The notes under the pieces: generated by a model
The model's input: the letters and a program-made list of their open reading frames with translations, nothing else
Told to the model about the DNA's origin: nothing
The model's database searches: none
Made by a program: the position numbers and the translations under genes
From: Octopus sinensis
Lineage: Eukaryota
Direction of reading: 5' to 3'
DNA: 64,000 nucleotides
NCBI RefSeq assembly: GCF_006345805.1
Contig: NC_043000.1
Location: forward strand, 103,664,001-103,728,000
In this document: positions 48,244 to 61,620 of the stretch, one piece after another
Numbering within the stretch: position 1 is the first letter of the stretch
Layout of the letters: each line of letters starts with the position of its first letter

Positions 48244-49984
48244 GTAAGTAGAAATCACCCTAGTTTGGAACATTCCTCACATTTGCTGTTGTTGTGTGGC
48301 TGGAAGCATTTTGATTGGGTGCCAGCAAGGTTGTGTTTAAGAATTCCCTTTCCCCAACAACCTGATTCAGAGTTTGATCTCACTGCATAACATTTTGGGC
48401 AGGTGTCATTTATCATAGTTTGGGCTTGATCAATGCCTTGTAAGTAGAATTTGGTAGATAGAAAGTGTGTGGAAGTCCATCACACACATGCATATATTAA
48501 TGTGTGTGCTCATGTGCATGCATCTTTTGTTGGTGTATCGCTTTGAAAATGTAAAGTCAATAAATTAATGCATTTCAACAAAAATAGCTTGGCATGTATG
48601 TTTTATCCTAGACACATAGACACTCCTTTTGTCAGTCTTACTATTATAAATGCAGTGAACCATGCATTTGCCAGTTTTAACTGAGAGTGATCAAAATACA
48701 GTATAAAAGGAAAATAAGATATAAAATTAATGCTTGGAACATTATAGAAGTTCAAGCCAGATTGAATGACTATACAGTGAGAGAAATATGTTCCTGTTAC
48801 TTTTTTTTATTCATTTTTACAATAAATAGAGACAGATAACTCATGGTAGGATTTAGCTTTATTTGTCATCAAAACCACAAGTGTTACACTGGACTAATTT
48901 TTCTGGCTCTAAAGAAAAAGGCCAGTCCTTGGAAAGCTATTTTTACTATGTTACGAACGTAAGATTGCCAAGCAAGGCCATCGGTGATGATGGGCCCTAG
49001 AATTTTTTGAGACTTCAAGAGTTTTTTAGTTTTCTGCCTTAAGCCTTTTGCTGCAGAAATCAGATATAATCACTCAAAATTTCATTACCCTTAACTGCGG
49101 AAAGTAGTTTTATTGATCATTCTATCATTTGTTAAAGGAATGTCATGCTTGAAACTACTTCAAGTTTATTGAAGCAATGTGACAGGCAGAAAATACCAGT
49201 TCTATTTTGTTAGTACTTATTTAACATCATTACTAGAATAACCATGAAATATAATTTTGCAGTTAAAGGATACTGACAGATATTCAAAGAAAGCATGTCA
49301 TTAAGGGCCCAGTAATGTAGGAAAATACATAGTACAAATGAATTTTTGACTATCAAGTACACGTGCACACACACACATGCACAAACTCATACAAATGATT
49401 AGTTTCCTTAAAGTCATAAATTTCACACTTATGGTTCATGTCTATATATGTTCCTTGATTTTAGTCTGTACCAACTTATCACTACCATACAGTGATAGCA
49501 TGGATGGTAGCACTAAATTGATAAGCCAAGGTATTAGCACTCACACGCACAGACAGATATCATAAGATATGACTTTGAAGCAGGCATGTAGCCATGAGGT
49601 GGGGAGGGAGGGCTGTGGGTGGTTAGTCTCCCTTCCCACTCCAGTTTTCGAATTTGTTTTATTCTCTCTTGGAAGAATGCATTATCTCAGCCTGGTTATG
49701 TTTGTAGACAGTTGAAAACAACACTTTTAACAAAAAAAAAAAAAAAGCTTCTTCACATCCCTTTTGTGGACAGTTTTATCAAATTTTAGACACTTTAGCA
49801 ACAACAGGTAGGTGGAGGCACTAAGTCATGTGCCTCCACCTACCAACACCTCAACACCTCCTACTTTCAGAACGACTCCCAATGCTATACTACTCACAAT
49901 CTATCTGCATATTTTTATGTGATTGTGTTGCTATGTGTGTATATATATATTTTCTTGACATTCTTTCCTCATTTTATATTTAAG

Positions 49985-50112
49985 ATGGATCAAAAGTATA
50001 CAAGAAAAAACCAAAAGAAAACATGGTCCATTATTTGGTTTTAACCAGTTACACTGGTGACAGATCATATGCAACATGCTTAACATTCTTTCGAGAGTAT
50101 CAAGCTGTTTTG
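49985..50112 (+). CDS. DENND3: DENND3-like, coding exon 3
   Basis: DGSKVYKKKPKENMVHYLVLTSYTGDRSYATCLTFFREYQAVL, resembling vertebrate DENND3 EDCVHFLVLTDVCGNRTYG as I recall it. Phase 1 to 0, GT-AG. Confidence 0.92.
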
Positions 50113-52057
50113 GTAAGTAAACTTTGTCAAAGTCTGTAAGAATTTCTCCTCATTCTGCTTATATCAGTCATATCTTTATATCCTAGTTTTATTCTCAACT
50201 AAAAAGTCATTCAACTTTAAGGGCAACTTTCACAAGTAATTGACATGACAGAATTCCTAGGGTGTTGGACAAAATGTCCTGTAGTATTTATTCAATCTCT
50301 TTATGTTCTGAGTTCAAAACTTGACAATGTTAACTTTACCCTTCATCTCTCCAGGATTGATAAAAAAGGTACCAGCCATGTACTGGCATCAATGGCATTG
50401 ACTAATCCCTGCTCCACCAAATTTCCAAATTTGAGCCTCAATCAAAACCACCACTACCACCATCATCATCACCAATGTTGTCATTGTTGCTGTTGTTGTA
50501 CTTCCTGTTATATATCTTGGAGTACCAGGTGGTCTCCATTTGTAAGGCACATTTTTCTGCATCTCATCTTTTTGATAGAGCTGTAGTCCTGGATCAAGAA
50601 AAGATCAAGATTGGGCATCTGACACCTTGAATGTTGTCAAGTACTCACTGGTCCTTACCAATTTGGCAGTTTAGTCAGTGGAAGTCAGAAAGCAACAATT
50701 GCCCAGACTGCAAGGTGATTGGAATCTTGAGGTGTATGAAAACTAATCATGACTGCTAATTTAAGTACAAGATTATAAACTCAAGGGGAGAGGTTAGTTG
50801 ATTAAATTGTCTTGTACTTCATTTTATCAATCCTGGTAGGATGAAAGGCAAAATCTAACTTGTTAGAATTTGAACTCAAAATGTAAAGAGTTGGAAGAAA
50901 TGCTGCTAAGCATTTTGTCCTGCATGCTAATGATTTTACCAATTCAGAGCAATAATGATGACAACAACAACGACCCTGAAAGGATGAAAGGTGAAGTTGA
51001 CCTCAGGAGAATTTGAACACAGTACATAAAGATGGACAAAATACTGCTAAGCATTTTGCTCGGCCTGAAATTTGGGGGGAGTGGGCTGGTCAATTACATC
51101 CATCATCCTCAACTATTACTTATTCTAATGACTCCGAAAAGATGAAAGATAAAGTTAACCTTAATTGAACTTGAACTCAAGAATGTAAAACTGGAAGAAA
51201 TGCAGCTAAGCATTTTGCCTGGCATGCTTGCCACCTTGGCAGCGGTGGCACTGGGCAGCAGTAGCGACAGTGGCGGTGGGCAGCAACAGTGGCAGACGGC
51301 AGTGGGCGGCAGCGGTTGCCGCTGCTGCAGTGGTGATGATCATGATGATGACGATGATAACTGTTTCTAGCACAAGGCATGAGTCCAGAAATTTGGGGGA
51401 CAAAAATAACCGATTATACTGAATCCAGTATTTAAATGGTACTTTATTTTATTGATATTAGAAAGATGAAAGACAAAGTTAGCCTTAGTGATATTAAACT
51501 TTAGAATGTAATTAGAATTATTAATTAATTTATATATTTATAATCAATAATTATATTAATGATATTTTTTTTCTTTATTAGTCATAAAGACGTGGAGTGA
51601 TATAGGAAAATACAAAGAAACAGTAAACTAGAAGTTTACAAGGATATATGGAGTGAGATAGAGAAGTTATATAAAGATGGATTGAGAGATGAAGATGTTA
51701 GTGCCATTCAAATATTGGAGTTAATGTAATTAACTAAGCCCCTTCCACTATATGGCTAACCTATGTTAGAAACAATTACCAGTATTATTGTTAAAAGAGT
51801 GGAAGATTGATGGAATCAATAGAATGCTATCTTGCCATAAGTACACAAATATTGTCATCATTACTGCCACTACTGTCGTTGTCACTGCTGCCATTGTCAT
51901 CATCATCATTTTATGTGTGCTTTCTAGGTTGACATGGGTAGGACAGTTCATCAGGATTCTACACGTCAAAGGACCACATCCTCCTTCAGTGTTTCATTTC
52001 TGGATAGATTTCTGCAGTTTGATGCACTGCCTAATGCCTACTGCTTTACCATCGCCA

Positions 52058-52450
52058 AGCTGGTAGAATCGTTAGCACACCGGTTGAAATGCTTAGCAGT
52101 ATCTCGTCTGCCACTACGTTCTGAGTTCAAATTCCGCCAAGGTTGACTTTGCTTTTCATCCTTTCGGGGTCGATAAATTAAGTACCAGTTATGCACTGGG
52201 GTCGATGTAATCGAATTAATCCGTTTGTCTGTCCTTGTTTGTCCTCTCTGTGTTTAGCCCCTTGTGGGTAGTAAAGAAATAGGTATTTCGTCTGCCGTTA
52301 TGTTCTGAGTTCAAATTCCGCCAAGGTCGACTTTGCCTTTCATCTTTTCGGGGTTGATTAAATAAGTACCAGTTATACACTGGGGTCGATGTAATCGACT
52401 TAATCCCTTTGTTTGTCCTTGTTTGCCCCCTTGTGGGCAATGAAGAAATA
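52058..52450 (+). mobile_element. Tandem OR2-type SINE (head plus two bodies)
   Basis: The OR2 body repeats from TATTTCGTCTGCC at ~52285. Confidence 0.87.
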
Positions 52451-53104
52451 AGTGTCTACTGGGTGCCAGTGCTTTTTGTTGTATTAGTGCTGTTGGTGTT
52501 ATCTTGTTTCTTGCAAAGCAAAAGAAAGTGCTCCATGATGGAAAAGAACAGAACTTATTGTGAGAGGATGGCAGTGGAAAGAATAACAAAGGGAAAAGTA
52601 TTGGATGGAAGGAGAAGAAACAGAGGAGAGGAAGAGGGAAAAAGATAATACAAAGTAAAATAAATACTTATCTTTATAAGTATGTCACTTTGTATCGATA
52701 ACCAATGTGAAAATATTTTATTAAGTTATTCAATATGTATAAGGCATGTAAGACAGCAAGCTGGTAGAACCATTACCATGCTGGGTAAAATGTTAAGTGG
52801 TATTTTGTCCATCTTTATGTTCTGTGTTCAAATTCTGCCAAGGTCGACTTTGCCTTTCATCATTTCGGAGTTGATAAAATAAGTACCAGTTGAATACTGG
52901 GGTTGATGTAATCAACTTACCTCACCCCCAACCTTGAAATTACTGGCCTTGTGTCAAAATTTGAAATCAATATAAGACATGCATTTTGTTTACATAGAAT
53001 GAAGGAACTACCATTGACTGTTATGATTCTCTGCTAATTTTTTGATTTATTTAAACCATAGATTAAATCTAATTATGTTACTTATATTTTATTGTCTATT
53101 GTAG

Positions 53105-53286
53105 AGTGCTGATGGCTCAGTATCTCTGGAACAACAACAGCAGCAGCAGGACAATTCGGAATCAGATGTAGGTTCTGTCTTCTCAGAAAGCTCTACTGCA
53201 TCTACCATCACTGTTTACATACCACAATGCTGTACCTTAATCTCCAAACAGCCTTACTTCACTGTGATGAAAGAATGCTTGTCACT
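53105..53286 (+). CDS. DENND3: DENND3-like, coding exon 4
   Basis: ...VYIPQCCTLISKQPYFTVMKECLS is the cDENN start motif. Phase 0 to 2, donor GTTAGT. Confidence 0.9.
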
Positions 53287-53345
53287 GTTAGTCAACTTTA
53301 TTATTATTGTTATTGTTTTTATTATTATTATTATTATCATCATCA

Positions 53346-53446
<101 letters not shown>

Positions 53447-53678
53447 AATAATAATATTAATTTTATTATTATTATTATTATTAATTATCAAGCTTTTCTT
53501 CTGTCTTTACATTCTTGAGTTCAGATCCCTCCAAGATCACCTTTGTTTGTCATCCTTTTGGGGTTGATAAATAAAGTATCAGTTTAGCACTGGGACCAAT
53601 GTAATAGACAAGCCCCCTCCCACAAAACTTCAGGCCTTATACATGTTGTAGTAGAAAGGATCATTATTATTATTATTA

Positions 53679-53743
<65 letters not shown>

Positions 53744-54296
53744 GAGTGAGCGAGCAGAGCATGCCATCAAAGTGACACTGGGGTAAAATATACAAAGCCT
53801 AGTATACCCATCATGACTACCCGTCTGATAAGGGTACACCAGGCACATGCATCACAACTATATGTGCGCGACATGGTGATCTCATATCAAGATAAACAGC
53901 ACATGACCTTGCAGGTGGAGCCCAGTTAGAATTTTCTTCAGATCAAGTAACCCATCCCGCTCAAAAGGTCCCTGAATAAGGGTTGTTTAAGGACGTTGAA
54001 CGAAACACCTGTTTCCAGAGGTGAATTATTCAAACCCCAAAGAATCCTTCTCAACACATGACTATGATGTTCCCCCACTACTTCTGCTCGTGATCAGAGA
54101 TGCACATATCGTCAGCCACTAAGGGACATGCTCAACTGGTTAAGGTCAAACAACTGACAAGCAAATCTGTGGTATTGAGCAGAATATTTGCTGTAGCCCA
54201 TCTTTTATACCAAGACAAAACAATGTACATGATAACACTTCCAATCAGTTAAGATCAGAAGCCATGAGAGCCACTGCCTGGTACTGCATCAGGGCA
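53744..54296 (-). mobile_element. Unclassified ~550 bp element bounded by (TAA)n on both sides
   Basis: Sharp junctions with ATT arrays at both ends. Its end GCCCTGATGCAGTACCAGGCAGTGGCTCTC recurs at 24059-24123, also directly after (AAT)n. Confidence 0.65.
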
Positions 54297-54369
54297 TTTA
54301 TTATTATTATTATTATTATTATATTATTATTATTATTATATTATTATTATTATTATCATTATTATTATT

Positions 54370-54790
54370 TGATGAAAACTCTCAGCTTATTTTGCTGGAT
54401 ATGATGGAAATTGTCAGCTGTCCACAGGCAGCAGACTAAGGTGACACTTGTTTACTGGTCATGCTTCAAGAACCCTGCAAAGAATTTTTGCAGTTCCAAG
54501 CAATGCTGATTTTTGTAGGTGTTCTTCCTTTATATTTGTACCCATCTTTTTCGGCCATGTTGGTAGTTGAGTCATGATACTTCCAAGTGCACCAATTACT
54601 ATTGGTATCACGTCTAGTCTCCTCATTGACCACAACCTTCATATTTCCCACTTCAAATCAATGTTGTTATTCAGTTTTTCTGCTTTCTCTTTGATTCTGT
54701 TGTCACTGGTGGCATGGGGAGGGGAGGTTTCCATGCATAAGAAACTGTCACTCTTCCCCAAAATATCTAGCTCAGGTCTAGCATACATGG
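54370..54790 (-). mobile_element. R4/Dong-type non-LTR retrotransposon 3' fragment (REL endonuclease domain)
   Basis: The minus strand reads ARPELDILGK...DNRIKEKAEK...DLKWEI*RLWSMRRLDVIPIVIGALGS...LQKSALLGTAKILCRVL. Its 3' end abuts (TAA)n, the known Dong target. Confidence 0.85.
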
Positions 54791-55229
54791 CCAGCATGCT
54801 GCTCAAGATGTGTGTGTGTGTGTGCATATACATACATGCATGCATATGTATGTACGTATGTATGTATGTATGTATGCATGCATATACATACACACACACA
54901 CACACACAAACATACATATAGTTTACTGATCTCTTATGGTAAGATCAGCAAAAAATGTATTCCACCCAGTGTGAGATAAATATTATTTGATGCATACAGT
55001 ATAAAGAAAAGAGCTACTAATAGTTTCTTGCTGTGAAGACACATATCTAGGCCAGTTTTTATAATGCACCATATGTCTCCGGTCATTCTTCAGGCTGTGA
55101 GCACATGGTCTGTTCTATTTGAAAATCAGGTCACTGGTACATGAAAAATCACAAGAAAAAATGAGAAAAAAGTTGATGCAAAAATGGAAGGGTAAATAAA
55201 AATGAAAAAGAAAAGGCTGCACCAGACTC

Positions 55230-56220
55230 CAGTCTGATTTGGCATGGTTTTCTACAGATGGATGCCCTTCCTAACACCAACCACTCTGAGAGTGTAGTGG
55301 GTGCTTTTACATGCCACCAGCATGGGTGCCATTTGCGTGACACTAGGGTGTGTTTATGTGCCACCGACATGGGTGCCAATTTGTGTGACACGGGTATCTG
55401 TCACATCTGTGATTTTCCTTAGCTTGATGGGTCTTCTACTCAAGCACGACATAATGCCAAAGGTCTTGGTCATTACCTCCGTGAGACCAAATACTTGAAA
55501 GAAACTTGGCCACCTTGCCTCCCTGAGGCCCAACATTCAAAAGGAACTCAGCCACTTTGCCTCCATCAGGCCCAATGCTCAAGAGGAACTCAGCCACTTT
55601 GCCTCTGTGAGGCCCAGCATTCAAAAGATGTTCTTCACGTGCCACCAGCATGGATGCACTTGGTCCTGTCAAGCACAGCATATCGCCAAAGGTCTCAGTC
55701 TTCAGTCATTGCCTCTGTAAAGCTCAAAGTTCGAAGATCATGCTTCACCATCTCATCCCATGTCTTCCTGGGTCTACCTCTACTACAGGTTCCCTCCACA
55801 GTTAGAGATTGGCACTTCTGTCCTCATCCATACAACTGTCCTCTTCCATACGCATCACATGACCATACCAGTGCAGTTATCTCTCTTGCACACCACATCT
55901 GATTTCTCTTATGCCTAACTTTTCTCTCAAGATGCTTACACTCTGTCGAACATGCACACTGACATTACACATCCAGCGAAGCATACTGGCTTTATTTCTT
56001 TCAAGCATGCACATGTCCTCGGTTGTCACAGCCCATGTTTCACTACCATGCAGCATAGTTATTTGCACGCAGGCATCAAACAATTTGCCTTTCACTCTGA
56101 GAGAAAAGCCCTTTGTTGCCAGCAGGGGTAGGAGCTCTCTGAACTTTGCCCAGCTTAATCTTATTCTCACAGCTACACTCTTGGAGCATCCACCTCTACT
56201 ACTAACCTGGTCACCTAGAT
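55230..56220 (-). mobile_element. RTE LINE 3' fragment with a 42 bp x3 repeat in its 3' UTR
   Basis: RIRLSWAKFRELLPLL...MLHGSETWA...MLRWMCNV. Tandem unit GCCACTTTGCCTC...GGAACTCA at ~55508-55630. An older related copy lies at ~60380-60890. Confidence 0.85.
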
Positions 56221-56380
56221 AATGGAAGCTATCTGCTACCTCTAGCTTGCCCCACTGGCAGTCGATGAAATCTGTTTTCTGTGCATTTTCAGGATTTATT
56301 GTACATGTGCACCTTCCACATACAAAAGTTAAATGTAAAATCCAGTTGATAAAAATTTTATATAAAAACCTAAATTACAG

Positions 56381-56762
56381 GCATAGGAGTGGCTGTGTGG
56401 TAAGTAACTTGCTTACCAACCACATGGTTCTGGGTTCAGTCCCACTGCATGGCACCTTGGGCAAGTGTCTTCTACTATAGCCTCAGGCCAACCAAAGCCT
56501 TGTGAGTGGATTTGGTAGACGGAAACTGAAAGAAGCCTGTCATATATATGTGTGTGTTTGTGTGTCTGTGTTCCCCCCCCCCCACCAACATCGCTTGACA
56601 ACCAATACTGGTTTGGTTACGCCCCCATAACTTAGCGGTTCGGCAAAAGAGACCGATAGAATAAGTACTAGGCTTACAAAGAATAAGTCCTGGGGACGAT
56701 TTGCTTGACTAAAGGCGGTGCTTCAGCGTGGCCACAATCAAATGACTGAAACAAGTAAAAGA
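56381..56762 (+). mobile_element. Full-length OR1-type SINE
   Basis: GGAGTGGCTGTGTGGTAAG head through the GAAACAAGTAAAAG tail. Confidence 0.88.
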
Positions 56763-57090
56763 GAGAGAGTTCTAAACCTACAACTACTACAAAATCAATA
56801 CATTTTATCCTTAACTTAGTTTAATGAATTATATCATAAAATGTCAACAACATATTCACAAGAAACGTACTTAATTAAATCTATAGAAACCAGACATGAT
56901 ACTGCTACCTGTGCAGAAAACCTTTACCATTTAATTAATATTTTTATATCAATATTATCGAATCTAAGCATTCTTTAATCCTTATATTTACATATGATAG
57001 TGCAATAAAACATGAAGTATTGACAGATTCAAAGTTCTAGTAGCTTTAATATATAATTAATTATTTGTAATAATAATAATGAATGTTACT

Positions 57091-57138
<48 letters not shown>

Positions 57139-58462
57139 TCTCTCTCTCTCTAACACCTAGTTCACCCTAACTGCAACATCCCCACAACCAATAACAACTG
57201 TTATGTATTATAAAAGCACATACACAAAAATATCAAACATACTTGTTTATATATATATATGCTATTAATTTCTCAAATTGAATTAATCGGCTGTAGAAAT
57301 GGCTGTAGGGATAAGAATTTCATATTACATTGATCTGAATATCTTTGAATAAACTGATGTCGATTTGTCAGTTTCTCCATTTTCTTCTTTTTTCTCATTC
57401 ATAAATAATTTAAATACCCTTATCCTCCATCAATGAAAAGCTAACATATTTAGTTTTTCACCAAACACTGGTAAAAACTGGAGAACTAGGATGCATATGT
57501 CTCTGACAGGATTATAGGTCCTTGGCATAATAAAATTTTTATATATACATATGTTTATATCTATATGTATATATATGTGTATATAAGTGTGTGTATATAT
57601 ATATAGAGAGAGAGATATGTATATATATATATATATATATATATTTGTTCGACTAAAACCTTCAAGTGATGCTCCAGCATGGTCACAGTCAAAAGACTGA
57701 AACAAGTGTATATGTTTGTGTATCCTTGTCTTGACATCAGATGGTTGTTGTAAATGAATGCCATTCATTTCTGGTATTTTGCGAAAAAAATGTTTGACCA
57801 AGGGTCACAAGCACCTCATTTGTTTGCAAGTGAGGTATTACATTCCTATGACTTGACATGTTTCCATGGAAAATTGGAAAATAAAGGATGATGCATGATG
57901 GTGGCACCTGTTTACAACTATCCTGCAAAGTCGTAGAGACAATAACAGATACTCATGCATGCACATGCACACATGTATATGGTCGATAAGATAAGTACTA
58001 GTTGAGCACTGGGGTTGATGTAATCAACTTAACCCCAACCCTGAAATTGCTGGTCTTGTGCCAAAATTTGAAATCAGTATTTCCTTAAATTTATGACAAA
58101 CTAACAATGTCTTAAAATTTAGTAGTAACTAAATAAACATTTGAATTTTAAGAGCAAAACTTTCTGAGCTCATTGACATCTTATCTTTGAAACGAAAGGT
58201 TTAATAAACATAGTAAATACTCTTGGGTTCTGTATTACAAAGTGGCTGAAAAATAAACCTTCATTTACAGAGGATAGAAATCTATTGTTGATTAGTTTGT
58301 CAAGTGTACTTGAGTTGACACAAGTGATTTTTAGGAGAAATATGTTAGTAGAAGGATATGATCTCTTGTCAAGTATTTAGCATTCAGGATATGAATGTTT
58401 TTGTTTCTTTGTGTCACAAATATCAATGTACGTAATTAAAGTATTCTGTTGTTTTATTTCAG

Positions 58463-58577
58463 GCTGATCAACAGAGTGGAAACCCTACACAGTCATTCTG
58501 AACAAACTCGGGAATTTCAGAAATATATCCGGCAACTCAGTCTGACCCCAATACCCCCTGTTGGCCCTTTGTCTGTG
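58463..58577 (+). CDS. DENND3: DENND3-like, coding exon 5
   Basis: LINRVETLHSHSEQTREFQKYIRQLSLTPIPPVGPLSV matches the cDENN P.PPPG motif. Phase 2 to 0. Confidence 0.9.
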
Positions 58578-59754
58578 GTAATTGTTCATAATGTTTTGAT
58601 GATTGATTTATTGATTTGTAAGAGTATATCAGCTTCAGACATTTGTCAGTAATCACAGGCCAATATATTCTCTTTACAAGTGCCCTTTCATTTCATTCAA
58701 TAACATTCTTTTCTGGATTATGTCAACTATCACATCACATTTGACAGTATTGACAAACCAATGAAGTAGCCTCTACATAGTCACTTATACTGTTAGAAAT
58801 AGCTGCCAGATATTTTTCCTTGTACCCTACCATCTTGGATAATGTAGTGATAAATAAGTGATTGTTGATGAAATGGGAGACTGAATAGACCTGAAACTGG
58901 GTAGCAATAACAGTAATCATCAACAGTAGCAATGAAGGAGCTGCTGTACAGTCAATCAATCTGCTAAAAATAGCAGTCAAATCACTCTCATTCATTGCAC
59001 CCTACCATCTTAAAACAAGAAGTACACATTTAATCCTAGACATACAAAAAGATAGGGGTGGTTACTACTGGAATGCTTTTACCTTTGATTATAAATCTGC
59101 CCAGTCAGGAATATGAGATTAAACAATGCCAGATAAAAGAAACATATTTAGAGTCTGAGCTGAAATTTTCACATATGATGAGCTTTAAGAGAAATCATTC
59201 CTGCCAAGCCAAACCGACTTTGTCCATATATGCATTACACATGGTCAAATTCTTCAGAGCAGATGGGATAGTTCATATGGGGAGCATCTTGTGTGGCTAA
59301 GAAGTTTGATTTCTTATCATGTGGTTCCATTTACTGCAAGGGATCTTGAGTTAGTGTCTTCTGTCATAGGTCCAGATTGGTTTGTGATGGAAATTTGCTT
59401 GATGGAAACTCTGTGGAAGATTGTCAGATGGACTCTATTTATTCTTGGAGAGTAAACCTAATTTGTTTCCTGATTTAAAATCACCATGTAAATCTTGTGT
59501 ACATTTAACAAAGTCGACTCTGCTGCAAGCATTTGAACCAATGTTCCAGTATGAGAACAATTCAATATCTTGAAGCATTGCTCTCAGATGCAGCAAGCCA
59601 TGAACCATAGTTTCTTTCTCTCTTCCCCACATACACCAGTCTTGGAAATCCTGCAAAAGTCACAAGTGCTATTTTACCTCTGATTGAATCACAAAAAAAA
59701 TTATTTCATGTTCTCTGTCTAATGGCATTAAGTAATATTTTTCTTTATTGCTAG

Positions 59755-59952
59755 AGTCTATGTCTGTTTGGTCACACGATAATTATCCATCCTCCCAGTC
59801 ATGCCAGTTTACCAATCTTCGATCTACCTTACAACTTGGTATTCATCTGTTTCTCTTTGGACACTATCATCAAGATTGTAACATGTATTCTAACTGAAAG
59901 ACAGATTGTTTTTGCATCATCCAGTTTTGGCCTACTGACCATAATCACAGAG
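59755..59952 (+). CDS. DENND3: DENND3-like, coding exon 6
   Basis: LPIFDLPYNLVFICFSLDTIIKIVTCILTERQIVFASSSFGLLTIITE is cDENN core. 198 nt, phase 0 to 0. Confidence 0.93.
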
Positions 59953-61059
59953 GTAAGATAAATATATTCTGTTTACACCAAACTTTCAACAAATTTTGAA
60001 AACTGTCACCCTTATTAAAAGATAAAAATGTAAAGAAAATATGAATGCAAATCCTTTTCTTGAAAAGAAAAGAAACAAAAAAGAGAGAAATGAACAACAA
60101 AAGTTCCCAAATGAAAAATCAGTCTATTTAAAATTGTCTAGGTTCTGTTTTACAGCAGCTATCATCATCATCAACAACAACAACACCAACAGTAATAATA
60201 ATTATGTTTTCTAACATAATCACTAGGTCAAAAAATTTTGTGAGTGAAGAGGATATGTTAATGTTCAATTAACTCTAGTACATAAGTTGTACTTATTTTA
60301 TTGACCCTTAAAGGAATGAAAAGTAAAGTCATCCTAAGCAGGATTTAAATTTGAAACATAAGAGATAATAACTAAATGCTACAAGTCATTTTGTCCATCT
60401 CTCTACTGATTCAACCACATTTATACACATTTATACAACATTTTACCAATTTTGAATATCACCCCCCACTATCACCATTTATACTTGCATGGGTTGGATG
60501 TGTCATCTCCAACAACATCCTACCACATGTTGCATTCCTTTGTCATCACTTTTGTGATGTTCAGCTTCCTGAAGTCAGCCTTCTCTGCTTCTACTTGTCT
60601 TTCTTCTTTTCTCTTCATCATCCATTGGATCTTTCAAAAGGAATCTCCTTGCATTTCTTCACTTACCTGTTATATCATTACACATCCATACCAGCATAGC
60701 CAGTGTTCTCACACACTAACATTCATTACACATCCAGTAGATTATGCTCACCTCATTTCTTTCCAGTCTTTGCATACCTTCTACATTCATTGCCCATGTA
60801 TCACTGCCATGAGACACTACAGTTCATACACATGCATTTTACAGTTTAACTTTCACTCAGAGAGAGAATCCCCTTGTCAGCAGAGATGATTAGGTCATTT
60901 AGGTAAAAGAAGCTATCACCTACTTTTATAGAACCCTTTCCCCAATAATTATTTTTAACATAGACACAAAGTTAAAGAAAAGAAGCTTTACCAATTTTGA
61001 TCATTTCATTTATTATCTATTACTTTATGTACTTTCCATTTACTTCCTTTTTTTTACAG

Positions 61060-61200
61060 ACATTCTGTTCTTTTATCCACCCATTCTCCTGGGAACATGC
61101 CTATGTGCCTATTGTACCTCATTTATGTCTTGAGCTGCTTGATGCACCAGTGCCATTCATCATGGGTTGTCATGTGAAACATCTCCACACAGTCAGTCAA
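61060..61200 (+). CDS. DENND3: DENND3-like, coding exon 7; gene continues beyond the window
   Basis: TFCSFIHPFSWEHAYVPIVPHLCLELLDAPVPFIMGCH is a hallmark cDENN motif. 141 nt, ACAG| and |GTAAGT. Confidence 0.95.
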
Positions 61201-61620
61201 GTAAGTAATGCAATAAATACAACAGGTTACTACTATTGTTTAACCTTAGATCTGCCCATATAGAACTTATTTGTTATCAAAGACAATATAGCTATGACTA
61301 TCCAGTATACTTGTATATCTAAGCCCTCATTGTCCAATGTATCTTCCTTTTTTCTTTTCTTTTTAAGATAGTTCAATATGATTTAAGGGAGATTTGGCTG
61401 ATATTTCTAACCAGTTAAATGATTATGTAGAGTCTTTATTTTTTTTTTTTTTTGGCTTGTTTAAAACACATTCAAAATTAGGATAGGCTTCTTTTAGCTT
61501 TAAGTTACTTATGGAGCACATATAGCACTTTTGAAGTGACTATTCTCCTCAAGTAGCCATGACAATTCTTCAGAATGCTGTATGCTCCAGTTTATGTTAT
61601 TTCTTGCACACTTAATAGAC

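Noticed and set aside
51228-51360. GC-rich Ala/Val-like ORF in a DENND3 intron
   Set aside because: Degenerate GCA/GTG triplet repeat between SINE fragments with no usable splice sites, and the exon phases already close without it.
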